A DNA stretch of 64,000 bases from Akkermansia muciniphila (GTDB lineage Bacteria; Verrucomicrobiota; Verrucomicrobiia; Verrucomicrobiales; Akkermansiaceae), in the NCBI GenBank assembly GCA_945888515.1, contig CAMDAD010000010.1, positions 39,608 through 103,607 on the forward strand, written 5' to 3'. This document shows, one piece after another, positions 19,588 through 28,095 of the stretch; position 1 is the first letter of the stretch, and every line of letters begins with the position of its first letter. Position numbers and translations under genes: made by a program. Under the pieces are notes generated by a model, which saw nothing but the letters and a program-made list of their open reading frames with translations, searched no databases and was not told the DNA's origin.

Positions 19588-22500
19588 ATGAATCGTTACT
19601 TTTCATCTGCGTTTCCTATGAATTTCGGTCAATCACACCATGAAAACAGAGGCTTTACCTTGATCATTACGATCAGCTTGCTGGTTTTGTTGACATTGAT
19701 AGCGATCGGGGTGCTCAGCCTTTCGACGGTCACGCTGCGCATCGGAAGCAGAGAGCAGGGGCAGGCGATGGCCCGTGCGAACGCTCGCATGTCTCTGATG
19801 ATCGCGATTGGTGAATTGCAGAAAGAACTGGGTCCTGATCGTAGAGTGAATTGTCAGGCAGGGATCGATTCCAGCGTTGTCGCCGAGCAACGCCAGTGGG
19901 TGGGCGTATACGATGCGTGGGCCGCCAATGAAATGGCTCGCCCGGATCCCGCGGCGCGATTCCGACGCTATCTGGTCTCGGGCGATGTCAATACGCTAAG
20001 AAGACGTGATGCGGCGAAGACGACACTGCCGGGCAAGGGGATTAACATCGTGGGTAATGCAAGCACAGCACTCCAGCGCAGAGTCAGAGTCGGCTTATTG
20101 CCTATCGCAAATGCTTCGGGAAATTTCGGATGGTGGATAGGGGACGAGAATGCCAAAGCGAAGATCAATGCCGGGCGTGATATGCCTGCAGCCGTGACCA
20201 ATGAGCTCCTCGCTTTGGAGTCCGCTCAATCGGCGCCGGGGGTGGGTTTTCGGATCCTAGGGGAATTGCAGGGCATCAATAGCGCAGGTCGTGCCTCATG
20301 GGATATGGGGGATGCATTGCGTGGTAAATGCGTTTCGCTATCCTCAGCGGAGCTACTGCCCGGTGCGAATGGAGACCTTACTGTGTATGATCACGATCTA
20401 ACAACGAGCAGTTATGGCTTGCTGACGGATGTGCGCAATGGCGGACTCAAGCGAGATTTATCACTTTATCTTGAACAGCCATACTCTGGCCGCCTGCGGC
20501 AGCCTTTGTATACAGTGAACAGCAACTCTGCAGTGAATTTCAGTCCTGATGGAGCGAATGCAGCGGCCCTGAATGAGTTCACGGGTATCACGATGGAGGA
20601 GTTGTGGATTTACTATAACTTATACAAAGACGTTTCCTACAATCGACCCACCAGCAGTAACGATAGTGTGGGGCGACGTCCTGCGGGATTTCCTACGTTA
20701 GTCTCCGGAAATAGCCGCGAAGCCGTGGTGGCGGATCGATTTTATCCCTACAAGCGTCGTGTGTATTCGCAGGTGAAATACATGCTTTCGCTCGCGGCAC
20801 TGCCCAGCGCCACGCAGGCGAGTCGCTTTGATCTAAGGATTGCGATCGATCCTGTGGTTGTGCTCTGGAATCCTTACAATGTCGCGCTCGAGTATCAAAC
20901 AGGCGGTTTCACTACCGTCGGTTTTTCTGGGCTACCCTATGTAGCTGATTTCCAGACACCGGCTGGCACGGTGAGCGTTCCGTTTTCGCAGTTCTTCCCT
21001 AACGGCAACGTGAATCTCATTCCCGCTAATATCGGAAGAGATCAGCCGATTATTTTGCAACCTGGAGAGAGTCGCGTATTTTCTCGTGTCGAGGGTCAAG
21101 GCGATTCACTCTCCAGCGGTTGGCGCTACACAGAGGGCATCCTCATCAATCACGCCAATTTCCCCAAAAATCTGGATGCGAACGCTGCAGTGAGACTTAC
21201 CCTCAGACCCGATTCTGGGGGCTATGTCAATTACCTCACTTTCTGGTTCGGCTTACGCAGCCAAACTCCCGCCTTGCAGTCGGGCACATACATTCTGCGT
21301 GGAGATCGTCTGGCATCAGCTCTTCCTACCGTCGCCACTCCGCAGACCATTACGGTATATAATATCGTCGCGGACAGGAAGATCCCGCACATGCTCATCA
21401 GTCAGAACATGCGCACGGAAAATGATACGACGTCACCATCCAAAACATGGCTCTGGAGCAATCCATCGATTATCTTCCGTCAGGCGGCCGATAGCACGAC
21501 GGTCGCCAAGCTATCGCACCAGATGGAATTGTTTGTGACCCCTGTCAACTCTTGGGAAAATCCCTATGTTCAGATCACACCGGGAAACCAGGCATACTGG
21601 GGCGGTGGGACGCGGGCTGACTTTGGAGTGCCGTTTTTCACGATGCGTGGCGTTCCACTTACTCCGTTGAAATCGATAGCATCCTTCCAGCATTCCTGCG
21701 CGAATGGGATGAGGCGACAATGGAAAGATAGCTCAGTGAGCATTCCTGGTGGCAGCTTTCCTGCCAACGCAGAGGGATTGGATGGGCATCGCTATCTCTT
21801 CCCCATGGGATCGAAGTTGATCGGGAATTCTTTTGCTCATCCCTTGATTCCAGCTTCTGCCACGCGCGGCCAGAGCATGATCCCTGACGATCAAGCGTCG
21901 CCTCCCGTAGCGACATCGGAGACTTTGGCGGACCATTCATATCTTGCCAACGCGGCACTCTGGGATAGTTGGTATTTCTCGACGATGGCGCCGCAAACAG
22001 TCCATCCGTATCGTGCTAATACACGCAATTTGCAGCGGGTGTTCGATGACTTTTTCCCCGTCTCATCGGCTACTTCATACGTGCCTCTGCCCACAGTGCG
22101 GTTCAGTCCCTATCGACAAGCAAACGAGACGGTATTGCGCGCGCTGATTCGCAATGGCACTCCGGAGGCTCTCGCGTACCAGCGTTTGTCATCGTTTCTT
22201 CTTGTGGATGGCGCGTTCAATGTGAATTCAACATCGGTCACCGCGTGGAAGATGATTCTGGGAAGTTTGCGCGGACACTCGACGACACGCATGAGCCCGA
22301 CAGCGGGTGGACTGACAGTGGTGAGCAGTTCCGCAGGCTCTACTCCTATCAATGGACTGGGCAGTGCAACGGGAGTCGCTACCACGCCCAACGCGAATGT
22401 TGCCGAGCCCTCGCAATGGACTGGCTATCGTAATCTTGATGATCAAGAAATCGATCTGTTGGCCAATCGTCTGGTAGAGCAGATTCGGTTGCGTGGACCT

Positions 22501-22977
22501 TTTCTCAGCTTATCGGATTTCGTCAATCGCAGACCCGGTCCGCAGCCGGAACTCGCACGGCAGGGTGCGCTGCAAGCGGCGATTGAAAACGCGGAAATCA
22601 ATGGCGCTCTCGACAAAGGAGCGCGTGCACTTGGTAGCATGGCTGGTGCTCCTTTCCCTGAGGCGGGAAGGGGATCAAAAGCTGCCGGCATTCCTGGCTA
22701 TATGACACAGGCGGATATCCTTACTGCATTGGGTCCCGTGTTGCAGCCGCGTGCCGATACTTTTACGATCCGCGCCTACGGCAATGCCACGGATGCTAAC
22801 GGTAATGTGGTCGCGGAAGCATGGTGTGAGGCTCAGGTGCAGCGCGTGCCGGAGTATATCAACTCCGTCGATGCTCCACAGCTGCGCGATGCCAATCTCA
22901 CTTCTCCTTTGAATCGTGTTTTCGGCAGAAAATTCTTCATTGCCAGCTACCGTTGGCTCACTCGCAATGAGGTCTGA
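19588..22977 (+). CDS. giant GspK/PilX-like pseudopilin, resembling Verru_Chthon cassette protein A
   Basis: Prepilin-like N terminus ...HENRG/FTLIITISLLVLLTLIAIGVLSL without Glu5, as in GspK/PilX. GspK-like FNVNSTSVTAWKMILGSL and GPFLSLSDFVNRR. C-terminal RADTFTIRAYG...AWCEAQVQRVPEY. The family name is from memory of TIGR02600-type proteins, not a search. Confidence 0.8.
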   Translation: MNRYFSSAFPMNFGQSHHENRGFTLIITISLLVLLTLIAIGVLSLSTVTLRIGSREQGQAMARANARMSLMIAIGELQKELGPDRRVNCQAGIDSSVVAEQRQWVGVYDAWAANEMARPDPAARFRRYLVSGDVNTLRRRDAAKTTLPGKGINIVGNASTALQRRVRVGLLPIANASGNFGWWIGDENAKAKINAGRDMPAAVTNELLALESAQSAPGVGFRILGELQGINSAGRASWDMGDALRGKCVSLSSAELLPGANGDLTVYDHDLTTSSYGLLTDVRNGGLKRDLSLYLEQPYSGRLRQPLYTVNSNSAVNFSPDGANAAALNEFTGITMEELWIYYNLYKDVSYNRPTSSNDSVGRRPAGFPTLVSGNSREAVVADRFYPYKRRVYSQVKYMLSLAALPSATQASRFDLRIAIDPVVVLWNPYNVALEYQTGGFTTVGFSGLPYVADFQTPAGTVSVPFSQFFPNGNVNLIPANIGRDQPIILQPGESRVFSRVEGQGDSLSSGWRYTEGILINHANFPKNLDANAAVRLTLRPDSGGYVNYLTFWFGLRSQTPALQSGTYILRGDRLASALPTVATPQTITVYNIVADRKIPHMLISQNMRTENDTTSPSKTWLWSNPSIIFRQAADSTTVAKLSHQMELFVTPVNSWENPYVQITPGNQAYWGGGTRADFGVPFFTMRGVPLTPLKSIASFQHSCANGMRRQWKDSSVSIPGGSFPANAEGLDGHRYLFPMGSKLIGNSFAHPLIPASATRGQSMIPDDQASPPVATSETLADHSYLANAALWDSWYFSTMAPQTVHPYRANTRNLQRVFDDFFPVSSATSYVPLPTVRFSPYRQANETVLRALIRNGTPEALAYQRLSSFLLVDGAFNVNSTSVTAWKMILGSLRGHSTTRMSPTAGGLTVVSSSAGSTPINGLGSATGVATTPNANVAEPSQWTGYRNLDDQEIDLLANRLVEQIRLRGPFLSLSDFVNRRPGPQPELARQGALQAAIENAEINGALDKGARALGSMAGAPFPEAGRGSKAAGIPGYMTQADILTALGPVLQPRADTFTIRAYGNATDANGNVVAEAWCEAQVQRVPEYINSVDAPQLRDANLTSPLNRVFGRKFFIASYRWLTRNEV

Positions 22978-23016
22978 ACTCGCTTCTTCTCACCCCATCA
23001 CTTTTTTGATCCAAAC

Positions 23017-23727
23017 ATGAATTTCCGATTATTGATTAGATTACTCACAGTGCTGTGTGTTCTCAGCTCGCACTCCTTTGCGCAGGAAACGCCGACGGAT
23101 AAAAAAGAAGCGCGTATCATGATGCGGATCATTTGCAGTCAACCGGTGGAGGGATCTGAGGAACTCAAAGTTGCGCAGGGCGATGCTGTTTTGCAGGATC
23201 TTACAGTCGTTCCTTCTCTGGTCACTGATCCCATGGAAGTGGAGCGTGGCGCCTTGTCTTTGGCGAAATTTACGGGAACTGGTAAGGAGATGGCACTCAA
23301 TCCTGTCGTTAAAGTAGTCATACCAGAAACAGGCACGCGTTTTGTCCTCGCCATTTTCCCGTCGCCCAATGCCACACCGTTAGCACCGTATCGCCATCTT
23401 TTGATTCGCACCGATCACTTGCGCTTCAATACTTCCGATTTGTATCTGTATAATCTTACCGCTGTGCCCGTGGCTGGATTGTTGGGAAAGAGTAAATTCC
23501 AAATCGCACCTACGCAATCGACCATCCTGACACCCACTCCGGAACTAGCGAGCGAGCGCATGTATCAAGCACAGTTTTTCTATCAACGCGATGGCGAAGC
23601 GCATATTTTTAATGACACCCGCTGGCCGCTTGCCAGTAGCGCTCGTGTCTATCTGTTTTTCATTCCTGATCCTGCCCGGCAATCCATCGGCTACGTTTCC
23701 TTCCGCGAATACAGCCCATTTCCCTGA
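23017..23727 (+). CDS. secreted hypothetical protein
   Basis: Signal peptide MNFRLLIRLLTVLCVLSSHSFAQE. 236 aa, 40 nt downstream of the giant pseudopilin gene. No family recognised. Confidence 0.7.
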   Translation: MNFRLLIRLLTVLCVLSSHSFAQETPTDKKEARIMMRIICSQPVEGSEELKVAQGDAVLQDLTVVPSLVTDPMEVERGALSLAKFTGTGKEMALNPVVKVVIPETGTRFVLAIFPSPNATPLAPYRHLLIRTDHLRFNTSDLYLYNLTAVPVAGLLGKSKFQIAPTQSTILTPTPELASERMYQAQFFYQRDGEAHIFNDTRWPLASSARVYLFFIPDPARQSIGYVSFREYSPFP

Positions 23728-23736
23728 AGTGAAACA

Positions 23737-24507
23737 TCACACGGACAAAATCCATCCCTCGATTTGCGCCACCGCCTTTTCCTCTTCCGTGAGTGTCGTT
23801 TGGAAATGCCCGATCAAGGAACCATGTGTGTCGGACTCGCGGATCCAGCGAGCTATGCTGTAGGCATCGTGTTGATCGGGTGTGCGATTGCCACGTGGGT
23901 AGCCACGACTCCATAGGGAGGGATAGGCTTCGAGAACGACGGATTTTTCCGCTGCAGGTATCCATCCATCGAAGGGCCAACAATGGAGCATATCGCCGAG
24001 TTCATCGCGTAAAAACTTTAGCCAGGGTAGGCCAGCAAAGGTGGACTTCGCCACGCTACCAGGCACGTCAAAGTGAAAAACGGACTTCGCGCTTCTGCTG
24101 CGTTTTTCTGTCATGCGCCGCCATCGGCTACTCCCGCCGCGTGCCGCACCATGGCCGCGCTCATGCCGTCTGATTTCATCCACGGTTCCGACATGCGCGG
24201 GCCAGTGGTGGCAGAAGTCGTCGAGAAAATGTTCCCAATCATGCGGTAGCCCATGAACGTGAAAGTAATCGAGCGGAAAGGAAAAACCGTGATCGATGCC
24301 CAAGATCGTCGGTGGACCATCGCGTAGTTGCTCGACCAACCACTCCGCCACACCACGGCGGCTCCAGTATTTTTTTTGACCCAGTGGCAAGATTTCTTCA
24401 GGCTCTTCCTCCGGTGTCGCAGCGTAGATGCGTAAACCTGTTAGATGGTTTTCGGGTGACTGTGCGCCAGAGTAGTCGATACCGATATAGCGGGAAAAGT
24501 AGGGCAT
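23737..24507 (-). CDS. hypothetical protein with two G-I-D motifs, coupled to the photolyase-family gene
   Basis: The track ORF overlaps the upstream gene. The ATG at 24507 (MPYFSRYIGIDYSGAQ) lies 13 nt after the photolyase stop. Motifs YIGIDYSG and ILGIDHGFSFP. 256 aa. Confidence 0.7.
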   Translation of the reverse strand: MPYFSRYIGIDYSGAQSPENHLTGLRIYAATPEEEPEEILPLGQKKYWSRRGVAEWLVEQLRDGPPTILGIDHGFSFPLDYFHVHGLPHDWEHFLDDFCHHWPAHVGTVDEIRRHERGHGAARGGSSRWRRMTEKRSRSAKSVFHFDVPGSVAKSTFAGLPWLKFLRDELGDMLHCWPFDGWIPAAEKSVVLEAYPSLWSRGYPRGNRTPDQHDAYSIARWIRESDTHGSLIGHFQTTLTEEEKAVAQIEGWILSV

Positions 24508-24520
24508 GAGGAGAGGGGTT

Positions 24521-26029
24521 TTATCGCCACTGACGACTGCTTTTCTTGCGGCTGCCATGTTTTTGTTGGATACGGCGGGCTTCTTTTTTGCTGTCATCGC
24601 GCTGGCGCAGGTGATGTAATTTTTCTTGTGCGTGGCGGTAGGCGGTGGGGTGATCGACGATGGGATACGGGTAGTCACGTCCGATCACGCATCCGCAAAA
24701 TTGCTGTTCCAACCCGGGCATGTTCCTAGGCTCGGCGAGAAAAGAATCGGGCACTTGCGCCAATTCCGGTAGCCACTGGCGAATGAAAATTCCCTGCGGG
24801 TCCTGATCGAGCAGTTGCTTGGTCGGCGAATAAACGCGCAGGGTGTTGATGCCCGTGGTGCCAGATTGCATTTGGCACTGGCTCCAGTGAATGCCTGGTT
24901 CATAATCAAGAAACATCCTCGCGAGGTGTAAGCCTGGCTCACGCCAATGCAGCCACAAATGGTAACTGGCGAAGCTCATGACCATGGCTCGCATACGGAA
25001 GTTCAGCCACCCCGTCGCAGTCAAGGCACGCATGCAGGCATCGATCATCGGATACCCCGTGCGGCCTTGTTTCCAGGCTTCGAGACGTTCGGCATCGATC
25101 TCTGTTTCCTCACGCAATCCATCACAGGAGCGGGAAAAATTGCGATACTCGATGGCGGGCTCGTCCTCCAGTTTTTGCATGAAATGACAATGCCAGCGCA
25201 AGCGGCTTTGGAAGGACTTGATCGATGACATCCAGCGGGCGTCAATGCGTTGACCTAACGATTTTTTTTCTAACAAATCACGACGTCGGTCCATCGCCGC
25301 GTGCAGACATTGTCGTATGCTCAGCGCCCCCCAGGTGAGATACGGTGACACTCGACTGCACGCATCCCAGGCTGTGACGGGACTGGACATTTCCTTTGTG
25401 TAGCCGACGCCGCGATCCAGCAAAAACGACGCCAGCGTCGCGTGGCCTTGCGCGCTACCACCGCGCTGTCGCATAGCCTCGCTCCGATCTAGCGTTAGAC
25501 CGAAGTCCATTGCTGTGCAGATCTTTTCACTCCTCAGATCACAGACGACACCCTGTAAGTCCGCAGGCGCTTGGCGTGGGGAGGGGGACATGCGTTGCAG
25601 CCATCGCTCAGCCCAGCCATCGCGGTGTGTTAGCCTGCGCACCACTCCCGTCTGCGCATATTCCTGCCAATGCACACCTCTCTGCCGCGCCCACTCGATG
25701 ACCTCTAGGTCTCGCCGATAGCTGATTGCATGGCCCGTTTCTTGATGGCTGTGCAGATGACTAAAATGGGTTTGCTGCCACAGTTCCTCGAACACCTTCA
25801 CGGCATCACCACGTCGACGCAGCAAGCGCACGCCATAACCCATCAAATCCGCCTCGAGCTCGGCGAGGCATTCATTGGCAAATCCCAGATGCCGAGCATC
25901 GAAATCCTTCGCGCCGATCACCTCATCCTCATAGATCCACAATCCCAGCACAGGCCCAAGCCGTGCCGCTGCGGTCAGTGCCGCATGATCAAGCAAACGC
26001 AAATCTTTTTTGAACCAGACAACTTCCAT
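24521..26029 (-). CDS. cryptochrome/photolyase-family flavoprotein
   Basis: N-terminal photolyase alpha/beta domain MEVVWFKKDLRLLDHAAL. C-terminal FAD-binding region GWLNFRMRAMVMSF...LDYEPGIHWSQ. The track ORF starts at a GTG (26095). The ATG at 26029 gives the canonical N terminus. Confidence 0.88.
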   Translation of the reverse strand: MEVVWFKKDLRLLDHAALTAAARLGPVLGLWIYEDEVIGAKDFDARHLGFANECLAELEADLMGYGVRLLRRRGDAVKVFEELWQQTHFSHLHSHQETGHAISYRRDLEVIEWARQRGVHWQEYAQTGVVRRLTHRDGWAERWLQRMSPSPRQAPADLQGVVCDLRSEKICTAMDFGLTLDRSEAMRQRGGSAQGHATLASFLLDRGVGYTKEMSSPVTAWDACSRVSPYLTWGALSIRQCLHAAMDRRRDLLEKKSLGQRIDARWMSSIKSFQSRLRWHCHFMQKLEDEPAIEYRNFSRSCDGLREETEIDAERLEAWKQGRTGYPMIDACMRALTATGWLNFRMRAMVMSFASYHLWLHWREPGLHLARMFLDYEPGIHWSQCQMQSGTTGINTLRVYSPTKQLLDQDPQGIFIRQWLPELAQVPDSFLAEPRNMPGLEQQFCGCVIGRDYPYPIVDHPTAYRHAQEKLHHLRQRDDSKKEARRIQQKHGSRKKSSRQWR

Positions 26030-26416
26030 GTGGCACTCAGTAAGATGCGTTGCAATGCGCAAGTTGCAACTGAAAGGTGAGCGCATGGTGAGCACGACAT
26101 GATTCCCTCACTTTAGGAATTGGCATACAATTCCCGAATGTCTGACAAAAAACGACGAGACGAGTATCCAGGTCGATTTCCACGAGGGATTTGAGTCTCT
26201 CAAGACGCTGGGAGATCGACGCCAAGAGCACCATCCGCGCCATTACTTAGACCGTTTCTCAAAAGTCCGTTGGTGATCAAAGCGTTTTTGGTGTGCAAAC
26301 CATTCGGGAGGAAAGTTTTACTTGGTGGCACAGTTCGCAACTCCGAGTTTGGTCGCCTATCAGAGATTTCCCGCCTCCGCACTTGCGCGACGGCGAGGGG
26401 CTCGCTACAAAGGGGC

Positions 26417-27562
26417 GTGGCCGCGAAAAAATCTCAGATTCGTTCCAACATCCATGTCGTCGTCGGAACGGATGAGGGCATGGTGCGTGAGCAGGCGCTT
26501 GCGCTCTGGCGCGAGCTGACCGGCGGCGCGGATGAGGGTTTCAATCACGAGGTGGTGGAGGGCAATGCGCTCAAGGTGGACGATGTCTTTCGCATCGTGG
26601 CGGAGTTGTTACAGTCCCTGATGACCTATTCGATGTTCGGCGGTGATAAGGTTGTGTGGCTGCGCAACGCGACCTTTTTCGGCAGTGACCGCACCTCCGA
26701 TTCCGAAAGCGTGCTGAACGAGGTCATTTCACTCACCCAGCAGCTCGAAAAAGGCCTGCCCGATGGCGTGGCGTTGATCATCAGTGCCAATAAGATCGAT
26801 AAGCGGCGTGCGTTTTGGAAATTTCTGGAAAAAAATGCCAGCGTGCAGGTGCATGACCGCATCGACATGAGCCAAGAAGGCTGGCAATACCAGGTGGCGG
26901 CGCTGGTGATGGATAAGTCCCGCGCGGTGGGCTTGCAGTTTGAGTCGGACGCGCTGGAGCTCTTCATCAACCTCGCCGGCGAGGCCACGCAGCAGATCGT
27001 CAATGAGCTGGAAAAACTGCACTTGTATTTGGGCGACCGCACGCTTGTCACCATCGATGACGTGCGTGCGATGGTGCCGCTCAGCCGCGAGGGGGTGATT
27101 TTTGAGACGGGTCGAGCCTTGCAAGCGGGGAATGCCGCGCGCGCGATCGAACTCATCAACGAGCAGATGGAAATGGGAGAATCCGCGGTGGCGATCATCC
27201 GCGCCTCGATTATCCCGACCGTGCGCAATCTTTTCATGGCCCGCATTGTGCTGGATCTGACCAAGTCATCGGGCCGGACCTACAATGAATTTCAGACGGC
27301 TGTGAACCGGCTGACTGCCGATAAAAAAGCCTGGCTTCCGCAGAAAAAATCGGGCGATGGTGTGAACATCTATCCCTTGTTTTTATCGGCGGTTGGGGCG
27401 CATTCGTTCACTCTCGAAAATTTGGAAAAAATCATGCACGCCGCAGCGCGTGCGGACAAGATGCTGGTGACCACCGGACTGGACGACCGCATGATTCTGC
27501 ATCGGCTCGTCACCGAGATCGCCACTCTCTCGAACCCTGTCCGCGCCAGTCGCGCGCGCTGA
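26417..27562 (+). CDS. holA: DNA polymerase III delta subunit (HolA)
   Basis: N-terminal IHVVVGTDEGMVREQAL resembles the HolA vYLLyGee..l start. The C-terminal domain AGNAARAIELINEQMEMGESAVAIIRASI resembles the delta C domain. The track ORF starts at a TTG (26270), and an in-frame GTG at 26417 is more plausible. The call rests on pattern only. Confidence 0.7.
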   Translation: MAAKKSQIRSNIHVVVGTDEGMVREQALALWRELTGGADEGFNHEVVEGNALKVDDVFRIVAELLQSLMTYSMFGGDKVVWLRNATFFGSDRTSDSESVLNEVISLTQQLEKGLPDGVALIISANKIDKRRAFWKFLEKNASVQVHDRIDMSQEGWQYQVAALVMDKSRAVGLQFESDALELFINLAGEATQQIVNELEKLHLYLGDRTLVTIDDVRAMVPLSREGVIFETGRALQAGNAARAIELINEQMEMGESAVAIIRASIIPTVRNLFMARIVLDLTKSSGRTYNEFQTAVNRLTADKKAWLPQKKSGDGVNIYPLFLSAVGAHSFTLENLEKIMHAAARADKMLVTTGLDDRMILHRLVTEIATLSNPVRASRAR

Positions 27563-27564
27563 TC

Positions 27565-27924
27565 ATGAAAAGCATCGTCACACTCCTGCTCATCGGAGCC
27601 GCTGCGGGATTGCTCGGCGCGCTCTGCGGCATAGGCGGTGGCATCGTGATGGTGCCAGCGTTCACCTTGGCACTGGGAATGGATCAAAAAAATGCTGTGG
27701 CCACCTCGATGGCGGCTGTGGTGGTGACAGCCCTCGTTGCCACTGCGAACAATATGCGCACGGAACGCTTGATCGATTGGAAAGTCGTCATGCTTGTCGC
27801 TCTCAGCGCGGCCGTCTTTTCGTGGTTCGGCAGTGACTGGATGAAGCAATTATCGAGTCCCGTGCTGACAAAAATTTTCGCCGTTGTGATGATCCTTGTC
27901 GGACTGCGCATGCTGTGGAGGTGA
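27565..27924 (+). CDS. half-size TSUP (TauE/SafE) family membrane protein
   Basis: LLGALCGIGGGIVMVPAF motif. About 4 hydrophobic helices in 119 aa. The ATG is 2 nt after the holA stop. Confidence 0.75.
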   Translation: MKSIVTLLLIGAAAGLLGALCGIGGGIVMVPAFTLALGMDQKNAVATSMAAVVVTALVATANNMRTERLIDWKVVMLVALSAAVFSWFGSDWMKQLSSPVLTKIFAVVMILVGLRMLWR

Positions 27925-28095
27925 GGGCTGTAGTTCGTGCTCTGAAGAATGTCGCCCACCACTTTCTGTTGCGCTCGAAAAAATTTCACCGTTTGAAAAA
28001 AAGAATGATCCTTTTTGCTGAGAATTCTCGTATCCGTGGATCAGAGGGCGACACATGATCAGACACCGCGCTCTTCCCCTTCACTCTACCTACCT

